From: Terriglobia bacterium
GTDB taxonomy: Bacteria; Acidobacteriota; Terriglobia; Terriglobales; Acidobacteriaceae
Assembly: GCA_041488515.1 (NCBI GenBank)
Contig: JBGPPK010000018.1
Span: forward strand, 18,427 to 82,426
Direction of reading: 5' to 3'
Length of the DNA stretch: 64,000 bases
Part shown: positions 20,877-30,063 of the stretch, in pieces
How positions within the stretch are numbered: position 1 is the first letter of the stretch
Layout of the letters: each line of letters begins with the position of its first letter
Translations under genes and position numbers: made by a program
Notes under the pieces: generated by a model
Seen by the model: only the letters and a program-made list of their open reading frames with translations
Told to the model about the DNA's origin: nothing
Database searches by the model: none

Positions 20877-22195
20877 ATCGAAACGAAGAGAACGGATTCC
20901 GTGGAACCCAGGTTGTAGAAGAGCCATCCGTACAGGTCATCGGCGGTCCTCCGCCGAGCGAAAGCGGTAACTCGCCCTATGTACCTCAAAAAGACAAGGC
21001 AAAGCCGTCATTGAAAAACAACAGCCGGTTGCTGGTTATTGGCGCGGGCATTGTGCTGGTGCTCCTACTACTGGCATTCAATGGCATTTCCCGGCGGTCC
21101 TCGCCGGCAACCAAACCCTCAACGGCAAGCGGGAAGCTGTCACAATCGGAATCCCCGAATCCTGTTCATGCGCCCGCAAGTATGACGCCGATCCTCGATA
21201 CAGGCCGATCGCCCGTCCAGGATACAGATGGCAACCTAGTCAATCCAGACCAGATCGCACGCACAGCCACCAAACAAGCAAAGCCGAGTCCCGGGACAAA
21301 CCTTGGCAGTGTGCGACCATTTGATAACACGCAACCTTGGCAGCCTGCGCCGTTCCAACCTGGATCTCAACCTGCGGACGCTGGTGGAAGCCCAGCTGTG
21401 CCTGCCGAGGCTGCTGAAACCAGGAGCGAGCACGATGCGATGGACAAGGCATCGCTGGTATTTGTGAGGAACAGTCCCTCTTCCGCATCGAACGCCAAAC
21501 CACTGGATCCTGCCGCGGCCGTTGACTGGGGCCTTGGAGTGACGCCAGGCACGAGATTGCGGGCCAGGCTCGAATCTGCCGTCAGCACTGCCGTTCGGAC
21601 TCCGGTCGTCGCAGTCATCGAATACAACTACGAACAGAACGGCGAGATCGTAGTGCCCGCAGGAGCCAAAGCCTTCGGACATCTCGAAAGCGCGGACCAT
21701 TCCGGTTATGTTGGAATCCGCTTTGACTCTCTGCTGATGCCGGATGGGTCTTCAATAGGTCTCGAAGCTGCGGCCACGGATCTTCAGCTTCGTCCCCTGC
21801 GAGGCAAGGTCGAAGGTAAGCACACTGGAAAGAACATCATCGTGCGCTCGTTCGCCGGAGTCGGTGAGATTGCTGCCACCCTGGTGGGGCGAGGCAGCCT
21901 CAATCAGCCGTTAAGCGAAGGGGATCTGCTGCGCGAGCGAGTGAGTAACAATATCGGGCAGGCATCCGACCAAACTGTGGCAAATCTGGCGCTTACGGAA
22001 CATGTTGTGGTTTCGGTGCCCGCTGACACAGAAATCTACGTGATCTTGCAAAAGCCGGTAAAGGAGAGCGTTCAGACTCCGCATGCCCAGGTGCCCCCGC
22101 AAACAGCAAGCCAGCCCAGCATCGAAGAATTGCGCCAACTGATGCAGTTACAACGCGAATTGAACCAGGGAATGCTAAAACCGACGCCTGAATGA
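20873..22195 (+). CDS. virB10: VirB10/TrbI-like protein
   Basis: Cytoplasmic N-terminus, one TM helix (LLVIGAGIVLVLLLLAF) and a Pro-rich linker. C-terminal TrbI pattern ..TRLRARLESAVST....IVVPAGAKAFGH....IRFDSLLMPDGSSI... Confidence 0.75.
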   Translation: MNRNEENGFRGTQVVEEPSVQVIGGPPPSESGNSPYVPQKDKAKPSLKNNSRLLVIGAGIVLVLLLLAFNGISRRSSPATKPSTASGKLSQSESPNPVHAPASMTPILDTGRSPVQDTDGNLVNPDQIARTATKQAKPSPGTNLGSVRPFDNTQPWQPAPFQPGSQPADAGGSPAVPAEAAETRSEHDAMDKASLVFVRNSPSSASNAKPLDPAAAVDWGLGVTPGTRLRARLESAVSTAVRTPVVAVIEYNYEQNGEIVVPAGAKAFGHLESADHSGYVGIRFDSLLMPDGSSIGLEAAATDLQLRPLRGKVEGKHTGKNIIVRSFAGVGEIAATLVGRGSLNQPLSEGDLLRERVSNNIGQASDQTVANLALTEHVVVSVPADTEIYVILQKPVKESVQTPHAQVPPQTASQPSIEELRQLMQLQRELNQGMLKPTPE

Positions 22196-22201
22196 GGCCT
22201 G

Positions 22202-22245
22202 AGTCATTGGGCAAAAACCCAAACATTGTGCCAATGACTTGTTGT
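22202..22245. repeat. Hairpin repeat copy A
   Basis: AGTCATTGGGCAaaaacccaaacattgTGCCAATGACTtgttgt, starting 7 nt after the virB10 stop. Arms of 9-11 bp. Confidence 0.8.
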
Positions 22246-22350
22246 AATTAGAGACTACATCCGGTTTTCCGACGATCCACAAACTGGCTTGTTTTGTGAA
22301 AACAGGGGCGTTTCTCGTGCCGCTCCGGCGTTGGGTGTATCGCAGCTTAA

Positions 22351-22953
22351 TCACTGTGTCTGAAACGCGGGAATCACTTTGTCGAAGATGCCTTTAGCAA
22401 AGCCTTTATCAAGCGGAGCGTGTCCTTGCAACCATCGAAAGAACAGGGGTCCGTTAAGCGCGTCGATCAGCAGCTCCGGATCCGTGCCGCGCTTCAATTC
22501 GCCGGACGCGATTGCGTCTTCAATGATGCTGCGTTGAATGTCACGTCTTGGGTTGACGTACCTCTCTAGAAACATTTGTCGGAGTCGCTTGTCTTCATGG
22601 ATGCCGGTCAGGAGACGTGCCATGACGGAGCCTTCTTGAGAGACCAGGAACTCACTGGCACCCAGGACATAGCGGCGCAGGCGCGTCAAGGCGGAGCCAG
22701 TCTCTGAGATTGCGAGAACAGGTTTCATGTGTTCAAAGCACGCGTCGAACAGGATCTCTTCCTTCGAGTCCCACCAGCGGTATAGCGTCGCACTGCTCAC
22801 GCCGGCAGCTTGGGCTATCTCGTGCGAACCCACAGCATTGAAACCTTTGTTCTTCAGCAGCTTGTAAGCCGCCTCCAAGATATCGTGCCTAGCGTGCTCG
22901 CTTCTTGGCCGACCGCGGACCCTCCGTGAGACTCCGGTGTTGACACTCTTCAT
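22351..22953 (-). CDS. TetR/AcrR family transcriptional regulator
   Basis: N-terminal HTH ..ILEAAYKLLKNKGFNAVGSHEIAQAAGVSSATLYRWW. Confidence 0.9.
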   Translation of the reverse strand: MKSVNTGVSRRVRGRPRSEHARHDILEAAYKLLKNKGFNAVGSHEIAQAAGVSSATLYRWWDSKEEILFDACFEHMKPVLAISETGSALTRLRRYVLGASEFLVSQEGSVMARLLTGIHEDKRLRQMFLERYVNPRRDIQRSIIEDAIASGELKRGTDPELLIDALNGPLFFRWLQGHAPLDKGFAKGIFDKVIPAFQTQ

Positions 22954-22973
22954 AGATCCACCAACCGTGAGAT

Positions 22974-23045
22974 ACGAAAATAATTGTTTCGTTTTACTTT
23001 GACAAGCATCTATTACGAGTGTATAAACGAAACCGCTGGTTTCGT
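22974..23045. promoter_or_regulatory. Divergent TetR/SDR control region: promoter plus two palindromic operators
   Basis: ACGAAAataattgTTTCGT (22974-22992). TTGACA (22999-23004), 17-nt spacer, TATAAA (23022-23027). ACGAAACCgctGGTTTCGT (23027-23045) overlaps the -10/TSS. Confidence 0.6.
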
Positions 23046-23096
23046 ATTAGCCGGGCGTAAAGGTTTTGCCGGCGTTTCGTCAGTGATGGGGGGGAA

Positions 23097-23894
23097 ATGG
23101 CTAGATTGTCCACGATTGCAGAGAACGATGAGTTCAGCGGTAAGAGAATCCTGGTCACCGGGGGCACCAAGGGAGCTGGCAAGGCCATTGCCGATCGCTT
23201 TGTGCGGGGTAGCGGAACCGTCATCATAACGGCACGTTCCTCACCTGAGGAAGAGGCTTCAAGCCACTTTATTCAGGCCGACGTCTCGACCCAGCAAGGT
23301 GTTGCCAGGGTGATCCGCGAAGTCCTTGAGCGATACAAAGGCATCGACATCATTGTCCACAATGTAGGCGGATCGTCAGCGCCCGGGGGAGGATTCCTCA
23401 CCGTCACTGACGACCTGTGGCAACAAGCAATCGACGAGAACCTGTTTCCCGCTGTTCGACTTGATCGCGGTTTTCTGCCTTCCATGATCGCACGCGGGTC
23501 GGGCGTCATTATTCACATCTCGTCGATTCAAAGAAGGTTGCCGCTCTATGATTCGACGCTCGCGTACGCCGCAGCGAAAGCTGCCCTGACCAATTACAGC
23601 AAGGCACTGTCGAACGAAGTTAGCCCAAAAGGGGTTCGGGTGGTCACGGTTTCCCCTGGCTTCATCGAGACCGACGCCGCAACGAGAATGATCAACCGCA
23701 TGGCTGAAAAGGATAGGAGTGACTACACGACTGCACGACAGAAGTTGATGGACATGCTGGGCGGGATCCCACTGGGGCGACCGAACAGGCCATCAGAAAT
23801 CGGAGAACTAGTCGCGTTTCTCGCCTCCGATAGGGCTTCGGCAATCACTGGAAGCGAATTTGTCATTGATGGCGGAACGATTCCAACGATTTAA
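23097..23894 (+). CDS. SDR family oxidoreductase
   Basis: VTGGTKGAGKAI (TGxxxGxG), NVGG and the YAAAKAAL catalytic YxxxK. Confidence 0.9.
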   Translation: MARLSTIAENDEFSGKRILVTGGTKGAGKAIADRFVRGSGTVIITARSSPEEEASSHFIQADVSTQQGVARVIREVLERYKGIDIIVHNVGGSSAPGGGFLTVTDDLWQQAIDENLFPAVRLDRGFLPSMIARGSGVIIHISSIQRRLPLYDSTLAYAAAKAALTNYSKALSNEVSPKGVRVVTVSPGFIETDAATRMINRMAEKDRSDYTTARQKLMDMLGGIPLGRPNRPSEIGELVAFLASDRASAITGSEFVIDGGTIPTI

Positions 23895-24024
23895 GTGCGA
23901 AGTAGGATTGCTAAATTCATTTCTTGGGCGTGGCAGAACTGTCTCAGGAGTGATGATTTCGGAGAGCGAAAGTCACACGCGCCATTGCGAAGGGTGCGGC
24001 GCACAAAACGATCAGGAGGACTCG

Positions 24025-24318
24025 ATGGCGAAGCATGGATATTGGGTAGTGTGTTACAAGTCAGTGTCGAATCCGGCCGCTATTTCCGAATATGCGAAGC
24101 TTGCGGCGAGCGCGCTGGAAGCATTGGGAGGTCGCGTGATCGTTGCAGGCAAACCTGCTAAGGCCCACGAGGCTGGAGTAGATCAGTCGGTTGTCGTGGT
24201 CGAGTTCGAGAACCTAGAAAAGGCGATTGCCGCATATGAAAGTGACCTGTACAGGCCAGCGCTCAACGTATTCGACAACGCCGCGCAAAGGGATTTTCGT
24301 ATTGTCGAAGGGCGATGA
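24025..24318 (+). CDS. DUF1330 domain protein
   Basis: MAKHGYWVVCYKSVSNP...VVVVEFENLEKAIAAYESDLYRPAL...DFRIVEG. AGGAGGA Shine-Dalgarno sequence 5 nt upstream. Confidence 0.8.
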   Translation: MAKHGYWVVCYKSVSNPAAISEYAKLAASALEALGGRVIVAGKPAKAHEAGVDQSVVVVEFENLEKAIAAYESDLYRPALNVFDNAAQRDFRIVEGR

Positions 24319-24418
24319 CCTAGTTGAAAGCCGCGGAAGCTTCGCGGCTGTGAAGCCCTCTCTTGGCGAGTAACGGGCAAGCCGGAAGTAATGGGCCTTT
24401 CACGGCACCGCTTTCTCA

Positions 24419-24464
24419 AGTCCCTGGGTAAAAACCCGAACATCGTGCCAATGACTTGCTGTTG
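24419..24464. repeat. Hairpin repeat copy B (degenerate left arm)
   Basis: AGTCCCTGGGTAaaaacccgaacatcgTGCCAATGACTtgctgttg. Two substitutions in the left arm break the stem. Confidence 0.7.
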
Positions 24465-24533
24465 GGTTTTGGAGCGCTCCACAGGTCTCAGTACGCCGTC
24501 GAGGAAGCACATTCTGCGGAAACGGCCCGTCAG

Positions 24534-24578
24534 AGTCATTGGATAAAAACCCAACATTGTGCCAATGACTTGCCGTTG
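24534..24578. repeat. Hairpin repeat copy C
   Basis: AGTCATTGGataaaaacccaacattgtgCCAATGACTtgccgttg. 9-bp perfect arms. Confidence 0.8.
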
Positions 24579-24786
24579 AGTCAAAGTGCGAAAGGCGGAG
24601 GCCAACACTCCTAAACGTAGCTCTTTTCAGTCCGTCATCCTAGTCTTTCGACCTGGCCCATTCACAAAGCGACGTCGATGCCCGCCAGGGTCGCAGTTTC
24701 ATCCTACTTAAATTTGCGCGAGTTTTGAGTCAGCCCTATGTTCTCCCTGCGAGCGACAGGAACCGATGCTCGCTGGAGAGGGCGGT

Positions 24787-25158
24787 ATGCAGTTTTTGCG
24801 ATCCAAGAAATCCTCAACGCGAATTGCGGCGTTATTTCTGTTTTTCATAGTTCTCCTTCAATTATCCCCAGTGCTCCTGCAGGCCCAGAACCTTGGCGGC
24901 GCACCCGCAACCAACAAGGCAGTGCAGGGACAGACAGCGGCCCAGCCCGAGGGCGCATTTCTCAACCTGGTGAACTGGATCGGCAACGTCATTGCGCCAG
25001 TGGGAGCGGCGCTGTGCGTCGTCATGGCAATCATTAACTACACACATGGCCGCGGCGTGGCACGTTGGGCAATCGCAGCTGGTGGTCTGTTGATGATCTC
25101 GGGCCTTACGCGCCTGATTGAATTCTGGATCAGCCAGGGCTCGGCAGGGGTTCAGTAG
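24787..25158 (+). CDS. VirB2/TrbC-like pilin candidate (one 2-TM hairpin module)
   Basis: Long signal-like leader (..IAALFLFFIVLLQLSPVLLQAQ), then LNLVNWIGNVIAPVGAALCVVMAI...GGLLMISGLTRLIEFWISQG. The start is taken at MQFLRSKK. Confidence 0.6.
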   Translation: MQFLRSKKSSTRIAALFLFFIVLLQLSPVLLQAQNLGGAPATNKAVQGQTAAQPEGAFLNLVNWIGNVIAPVGAALCVVMAIINYTHGRGVARWAIAAGGLLMISGLTRLIEFWISQGSAGVQ

Positions 25159-25191
25159 CGGTTGAGACAGCCGGTTCATGAGGAACAGGAC

Positions 25192-25854
25192 ATGACGATC
25201 CCCCAGCTACTGAACGATCTGCTGCAACTGCTGTTTGACATGGCGGTGCCCGCAGCGATGTGCACGATGGTGCTGGCCGGGCTTGCCTTGCGGCAGGAGA
25301 GCGGCGTCAATTTTGAGATCGGAGGCCGGTTTCAAAGATGGATGCTTTGGTCGGTCATTCTGCTGACGCTTCCACAGTTTCTGTCGTGGTTTGCTGCGCA
25401 GGGCATTACGTTGCCACCGCAGGGCGCCGGAATCAGCGGCCCTTGGTTGCGCAGCATGGAGACTAGCTTTACCAGTTTCATCTCCGATGTGGTCTTGGCC
25501 AAGCTGGTTCCGGTTCTGGCGGCTTTCTTTGTTTTGAAAGCGGCGCTTGATGCCGCCCAGGGCTGGAGTCCCTTGGGCTCGATCGTTGCAGCGATCTTCC
25601 TGTTGTCCATTTCCGGCAGCGTGAGGCTCATGCAGGGCTTCAACAGCGGCGGGGAGTTTGCGACCACCGACATGCTGGTTTCGCTCTGGAACTACCTCGC
25701 GGGAACGATTCTGCCAGAAGCCGCGGGTCTGGCAGTGGTGGGTGCGGTCATTAATTATTCGCGCAAAAAGCCGTTCATGCCGCTGGTGTTTTCAGCATTA
25801 GCGTTCTTGAGCGTCACGGCGTTGTGGAAGCTTGTCCAGGCAATGGTCGGGTGA
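25192..25854 (+). CDS. Membrane protein made of three tandem pilin-like hairpin modules
   Basis: Six predicted TM helices in three ~70-aa units. The third unit (LVSLWNYLAGTILPEAAGLAVVGAVINYS...WKLVQAMVG) aligns with the 24787 product. The ATG at 25192 is preceded by AGGAACAGGA. Confidence 0.65.
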   Translation: MTIPQLLNDLLQLLFDMAVPAAMCTMVLAGLALRQESGVNFEIGGRFQRWMLWSVILLTLPQFLSWFAAQGITLPPQGAGISGPWLRSMETSFTSFISDVVLAKLVPVLAAFFVLKAALDAAQGWSPLGSIVAAIFLLSISGSVRLMQGFNSGGEFATTDMLVSLWNYLAGTILPEAAGLAVVGAVINYSRKKPFMPLVFSALAFLSVTALWKLVQAMVG

Positions 25855-25873
25855 GCGGAATGGGAGGTGATCC

Positions 25874-26326
25874 ATGTTTGAAAACGGACTGCTGAACCTG
25901 ACCAACTGGGCAGGCAATGTGATCATGCCGACGCTGGCAGGGCTGTTTTTCGCAGCGGCAATCTACCAGTTCAGCAAAGCCCATCCTTATTCCCATTTGT
26001 CGTGGGCGGGCTTCGCCGCGCTGATGTGCTCGGGGCTGTTGAGGGCTCTCGAAGCGTTTGCCCAACAAGCGGGTCCGAACGATCCCGATCGGTACTGGAT
26101 ATCGATTCTCACGCTGGTGAATTGGGTTGGGAACGTGATGCTGCCGCTGTACGGGGTCATTCAGGTCGTGATGATGGTCTTGCATTCGGCCGGAGTGCTC
26201 GAACGCATGACCATCGGCGATGCCTGGGTGAGGAACCTGGTGGCGGCCATGATGTGCTTCGGCCTTTCAGGGCTGTTGCGGCTGGCCGAGTTTTGGATTC
26301 AGAACGGGACGACGGGAGTGAGGTAG
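25874..26326 (+). CDS. Membrane protein made of two tandem pilin-like hairpin modules
   Basis: LLNLTNWAGNVIMPTLAG...GLLRALEAFAQQAG followed by ILTLVNWVGNVMLPLYG...GLLRLAEFWIQNG. Confidence 0.7.
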   Translation: MFENGLLNLTNWAGNVIMPTLAGLFFAAAIYQFSKAHPYSHLSWAGFAALMCSGLLRALEAFAQQAGPNDPDRYWISILTLVNWVGNVMLPLYGVIQVVMMVLHSAGVLERMTIGDAWVRNLVAAMMCFGLSGLLRLAEFWIQNGTTGVR

Positions 26327-26328
26327 CT

Positions 26329-26652
26329 ATGGCTTTGGATGTGACACCGGTCAATCGCAACCTGCATCAGCGGGTGACGTTCATGTCGCTTGAGTTTGAG
26401 GACCTATTCGTTGTCCTGGGCCTGGCAGCCGTGATGAATGTCGTCAGCCGCTTCGTAAGCGGGCAGATGGGCGCCTACCTGCAGTACGGAGTGCCGCTCT
26501 CCGTCATACCGTTGCTGATGGTCTTCAAATACGGGAAACCGCGCGGCTACCTGCGTGACCTGTTTCATTGGTACACGAAACCGCGCACCTATTGCGCCGT
26601 ATCAGGCGACCGCCAGATTCGAACGCGCTATATCGCCAAGGAGGAGCAGTAA
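26329..26652 (+). CDS. VirB3/TrbD-like small membrane protein
   Basis: 107 aa with one or two TM helices. Sits directly upstream of and abutting virB4, with the start 3 nt after the preceding stop. Assignment rests on position and size. Confidence 0.5.
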   Translation: MALDVTPVNRNLHQRVTFMSLEFEDLFVVLGLAAVMNVVSRFVSGQMGAYLQYGVPLSVIPLLMVFKYGKPRGYLRDLFHWYTKPRTYCAVSGDRQIRTRYIAKEEQ

Positions 26653-29286
26653 ATGCCAGTGACTTGGGAACAACACGAAAAGTCGCTCGACGATCCGGCG
26701 CTCTGCGAGCAGCTTCCGATACGCGATTACTTGGACAACGTGATGGTGCGCACCAACGGGGCTCTCGTGGCCGCCTATGAGGTCCGGGGGATCATTTCTT
26801 ATTTCGCCAGCGACGAGGAGCGCGACCGGAGCAAGGTCATGCTGGGCGCGCTGCTCAAGTCGATTCCCGAGCAGAGCATGAGGGTGCAGGTGCGTTATGA
26901 GGTGGTCGAAGACCTTGGCAACCTGCTTGAGTTTTACACAGCGCAGGACCGTTCTGGTAGCGATGTTGGCCGCGCTCTTGATGCTGCGAGGCTTGAGGCT
27001 TGGCGAGTGAAGTCCGACGCCGGACACTACTTGCGACCCCTGCTGCACGTCTACCTCATCTGGGATCCACAGATTCATCATCGAGTTACCGGCAAAGCCA
27101 CCCGGCGTGCCCTGAATTTCAGCCTCTCGGCCAAAGCTTCGATAGGGCGCAGCCGGAGGGAACACGAAGAGCTGTTGGCAGAGTTTGAAAGCCTGCTGGT
27201 CGGCATTGAGGCCACGATGCAGGCCGCGGAACTGGGACCACGCCGGCTTACCGACCAGGAGATGTTTCTTGAGGCCAAGAGGGCTCTGAATCCCCTGGAG
27301 CCGGACACCCGAGGCTACACACCGGGCGAAGACCATCTCGAATATCGCAGCGCGCGCCAGCAACTGGCGAACGTCAGCATTGTGGATGAGACGGATTCGT
27401 ACCTGAATCTGGGCGGTCTGCTCTATTCCTTTGTCAGCCTCAAAGAACTGCCCGATGCTACCTTCCCGGGGATTCTGCGCGAGTTGGTAGCGCTTGATTT
27501 CCCGATCGTTGTGAGCGCCCAGCTAACCATTCCCGACCAAACCAAAGTTCTAAAGGGCTACAAGAGCCGCCTCCGGAAGATGCAGGCGGCGCAGCGGGAC
27601 ACCCATGGCGGATTTCGCGTGAACGTCGAGGCACAGGTTGCAGAATCACAGTTGTTCAAGGTGCAACAGGAGATCATCGCCAGCTCGATCAAGACGGCGA
27701 AGCTCAGCCTGGTCATCGCCACACGGACGTCAAAGGCAGCCATCACGCGCCAGGAATTTGAAGAAGCCGAGCGGCTCATCAACAACCGCCGCCAGCAGCT
27801 TCTCTATGCCGTGGCCCGAATGAACGGCGCCAAAGCAATCACAGAGACCCTGGCCAAGAGACGACTCTTCTTCAGCTCGCTGCCTGGCATGGCCGACGTC
27901 GACAAGCGCGAGCAAGACATGCTGACGACCAACGCGGCCGATCTTCTACCGGTCGAGGCTCCATGGCAAGGAACGCCGCGGTCGCCCTTGTTCCTGTTTG
28001 AAACCCCGTACCGGCAGCTCATTCCGTTCTCGCCGTTTGATGCGTCGTTCAGCGACGCCAACGTACTCATCATGGCCAAGAGCGGCGGCGGCAAGACCTT
28101 CATGGTGCAGCAATTGTTGTCGATGGCCTCGCGCGCCAATCCTTTGGTTTCGATCATTGAGCGCGGAGATTCCTACAAGCCCCTGGTCGAGCTGATGGGC
28201 GGCCGGATGATCGCCATGTCCCTAGACGCGGACCAGACGATTAATCCCTGGGATTTGCCTCAAGCGGAGAAGCAGCCTGCCAAGGATCAAGTGGCCTTCT
28301 TGAAGAACTTGACCCGGCACATGCTGGGCGAGAACCCAGCGGAAGACACCGAGTTGCTGGACAACCTGATTACTGAGGCAATCCTGCGGACATACAAGCG
28401 GGCTGCGATACGACCGTCGAACCCCATCCCAACTTTTTCTGACCTTCGCGACGAGCTGTCGCAATGGCGAGACGAGGAGAAAAACCAGAGGGTGATGGAC
28501 GAGGCCCACTTGGCCGCGATCAAATTGCGCAGCTGGACCGGAGAGAAAGGGATTTACTCCAGGCTCTTTGACCACGCGACGACGATTTCACTCGACAACC
28601 CTTGGCTGTTCTTCAACGTTGAGCAGTTAGCGGACGATCCGCGGCTTGAAACAGCAATGAGCCTGCTGATCGCCCATGCCACCTCGCAGCGGGCTTCCGG
28701 CAAGACAGGCCAGCCGAGCATCACCGTGCTCGATGAGTGCTGGTTCCTGCTCGATTCGCCTGTTCTAGCGCCTGAGGTCGTGCAGTTATTCCGGACGGCG
28801 CGCAAACGCAACGCCAGTGTGTGGGGAATCAGCCAGACGGCAGAGGACTTTGTCGGATCAGAGTCCAAACCGAAAGTCCATGGCGCCGGGATCGTCAAAA
28901 ATTCCAGTACCAAGATCGTGGGCCAGCAGCCCGGGGACATGACGGCCCTGCGCGAGCACCTTCACCTCAATGCGACTGCGCTCCACCAGGTCAAGCACTT
29001 CAGCGCCCCACGCAAGGGACGCAGGGCCGATGCGCTGATCGTGATCGGGGAGAAGGCGGACACCACGCACACCATTCGCATGGTTCCAACGCCAGTCGAT
29101 TACTGGATTACCACGACCTATGCCCGCGAAAGGCTATACCGAGCATGGTGGATTGCGCAGCACAAAGATATTCCGCACATGGAGGCTTACCGGGAACTTG
29201 CCAGAAGATTCCCATTTGGCCTTGCGGATGTTGAGTCGCTTCCCGAGGAGCAGTCCATGGAAGTGGCAAAGGGAGCACACAAATGA
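26653..29286 (+). CDS. virB4: VirB4/TrbE-type conjugal transfer ATPase
   Basis: 877 aa. Walker A IMAKSGGGKTF, Walker B ITVLDECWFLLD, and the C-terminal ..VWGISQ.. motif. Confidence 0.92.
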   Translation: MPVTWEQHEKSLDDPALCEQLPIRDYLDNVMVRTNGALVAAYEVRGIISYFASDEERDRSKVMLGALLKSIPEQSMRVQVRYEVVEDLGNLLEFYTAQDRSGSDVGRALDAARLEAWRVKSDAGHYLRPLLHVYLIWDPQIHHRVTGKATRRALNFSLSAKASIGRSRREHEELLAEFESLLVGIEATMQAAELGPRRLTDQEMFLEAKRALNPLEPDTRGYTPGEDHLEYRSARQQLANVSIVDETDSYLNLGGLLYSFVSLKELPDATFPGILRELVALDFPIVVSAQLTIPDQTKVLKGYKSRLRKMQAAQRDTHGGFRVNVEAQVAESQLFKVQQEIIASSIKTAKLSLVIATRTSKAAITRQEFEEAERLINNRRQQLLYAVARMNGAKAITETLAKRRLFFSSLPGMADVDKREQDMLTTNAADLLPVEAPWQGTPRSPLFLFETPYRQLIPFSPFDASFSDANVLIMAKSGGGKTFMVQQLLSMASRANPLVSIIERGDSYKPLVELMGGRMIAMSLDADQTINPWDLPQAEKQPAKDQVAFLKNLTRHMLGENPAEDTELLDNLITEAILRTYKRAAIRPSNPIPTFSDLRDELSQWRDEEKNQRVMDEAHLAAIKLRSWTGEKGIYSRLFDHATTISLDNPWLFFNVEQLADDPRLETAMSLLIAHATSQRASGKTGQPSITVLDECWFLLDSPVLAPEVVQLFRTARKRNASVWGISQTAEDFVGSESKPKVHGAGIVKNSSTKIVGQQPGDMTALREHLHLNATALHQVKHFSAPRKGRRADALIVIGEKADTTHTIRMVPTPVDYWITTTYARERLYRAWWIAQHKDIPHMEAYRELARRFPFGLADVESLPEEQSMEVAKGAHK

Positions 29287-30053
29287 CGAATCGATTCTTC
29301 AAAAAGACGACACTGGCGCTCGGCGCAATTTTCCTGCTGACCTTGATGCCCGTGGCCGCCAACGCCGGCGTCGCCGATATCATCTCGCTGTTGACCACGA
29401 TCACCAGCACCTTGCAGAACGGCGTTGGTCAGGTTCTGAGCGAGATTCAGTCGATCAATACCACCGTCAGAAACTTCGAGCAGCAAGTGGTGTGGCCGGT
29501 CACGCTTATCAACCAGACCCGGGCTGAGGTATCGCAGATGCGCGCGCTATTCTCGAGCTTGGCCAGTCAGATCCAGAGCATTCCTACCAACAGCGCGACT
29601 CTGGTCAATCCTTCCCAGCTTGAACAACTTCTCAGAAGCCAGCGGGCCGGGAGCCTCAATCAGATCAACGCATCGTATACGCAGGTCTATCAAGCGCTGC
29701 CCCCGGCGAATCAGGCTACGGTAATGCAGAGAAATCTGATCGACGTGGACGATGCGTTTGCTCTCGGGGCGCTCAAGACAGCAACGGTGTCCGATCAGGC
29801 CAGCCAACAGATGTTGACGGTGGCCGATGGGCTTGAGCAGCAGGCAGCACAGTCTGCGCCTGGCAGCGCGTCCATTCTGACGGCTCAAGCCCAGGCCGCC
29901 AATCTTCAGAACCAGGCAATGCTCCAAAAGCTGCTGGCCGCGGAGCTACGCCAGGAAGCCGCCCGTCTCGCACACGCCAATGCCTTGCGGAAACAAAGCG
30001 CGGATGCCAACAGAGATCTCCGCAACAACATGCAGCAAATCTTGAGCAGGTGA
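29283..30053 (+). CDS. TrbJ/VirB5-like secreted coiled-coil protein, paralogue 1
   Basis: Signal peptide and Gln-rich helical repeats. Position between virB4 and virB6. ATGA overlap with virB4. Confidence 0.55.
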   Translation: MTNRFFKKTTLALGAIFLLTLMPVAANAGVADIISLLTTITSTLQNGVGQVLSEIQSINTTVRNFEQQVVWPVTLINQTRAEVSQMRALFSSLASQIQSIPTNSATLVNPSQLEQLLRSQRAGSLNQINASYTQVYQALPPANQATVMQRNLIDVDDAFALGALKTATVSDQASQQMLTVADGLEQQAAQSAPGSASILTAQAQAANLQNQAMLQKLLAAELRQEAARLAHANALRKQSADANRDLRNNMQQILSR

Positions 30054-30063
30054 GGTAACGCAA

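Noticed and set aside
24183-24608. 141-aa minus-strand ORF containing a repeated QQVIGTMFGF / RQVIGTMLGF peptide
   Set aside because: The internal repeat is simply the translation of hairpin-repeat copies B and C. The ORF spans intergenic DNA and the 3' end of the DUF1330 gene.
26002-26328. N-terminal extension of the ORF 26002-26652
   Set aside because: It overlaps the two-module pilin-like gene in another frame with Arg/Gly-rich sequence. The VirB3-like gene most plausibly starts at the ATG at 26329.
26602-27363. 253-aa minus-strand ORF inside virB4. Similar antisense ORFs occur at 35319-36137, 38067-38780 and 50406-51149.
   Set aside because: All lie antisense to genes with unambiguous catalytic motifs and have the composition of shadow frames.
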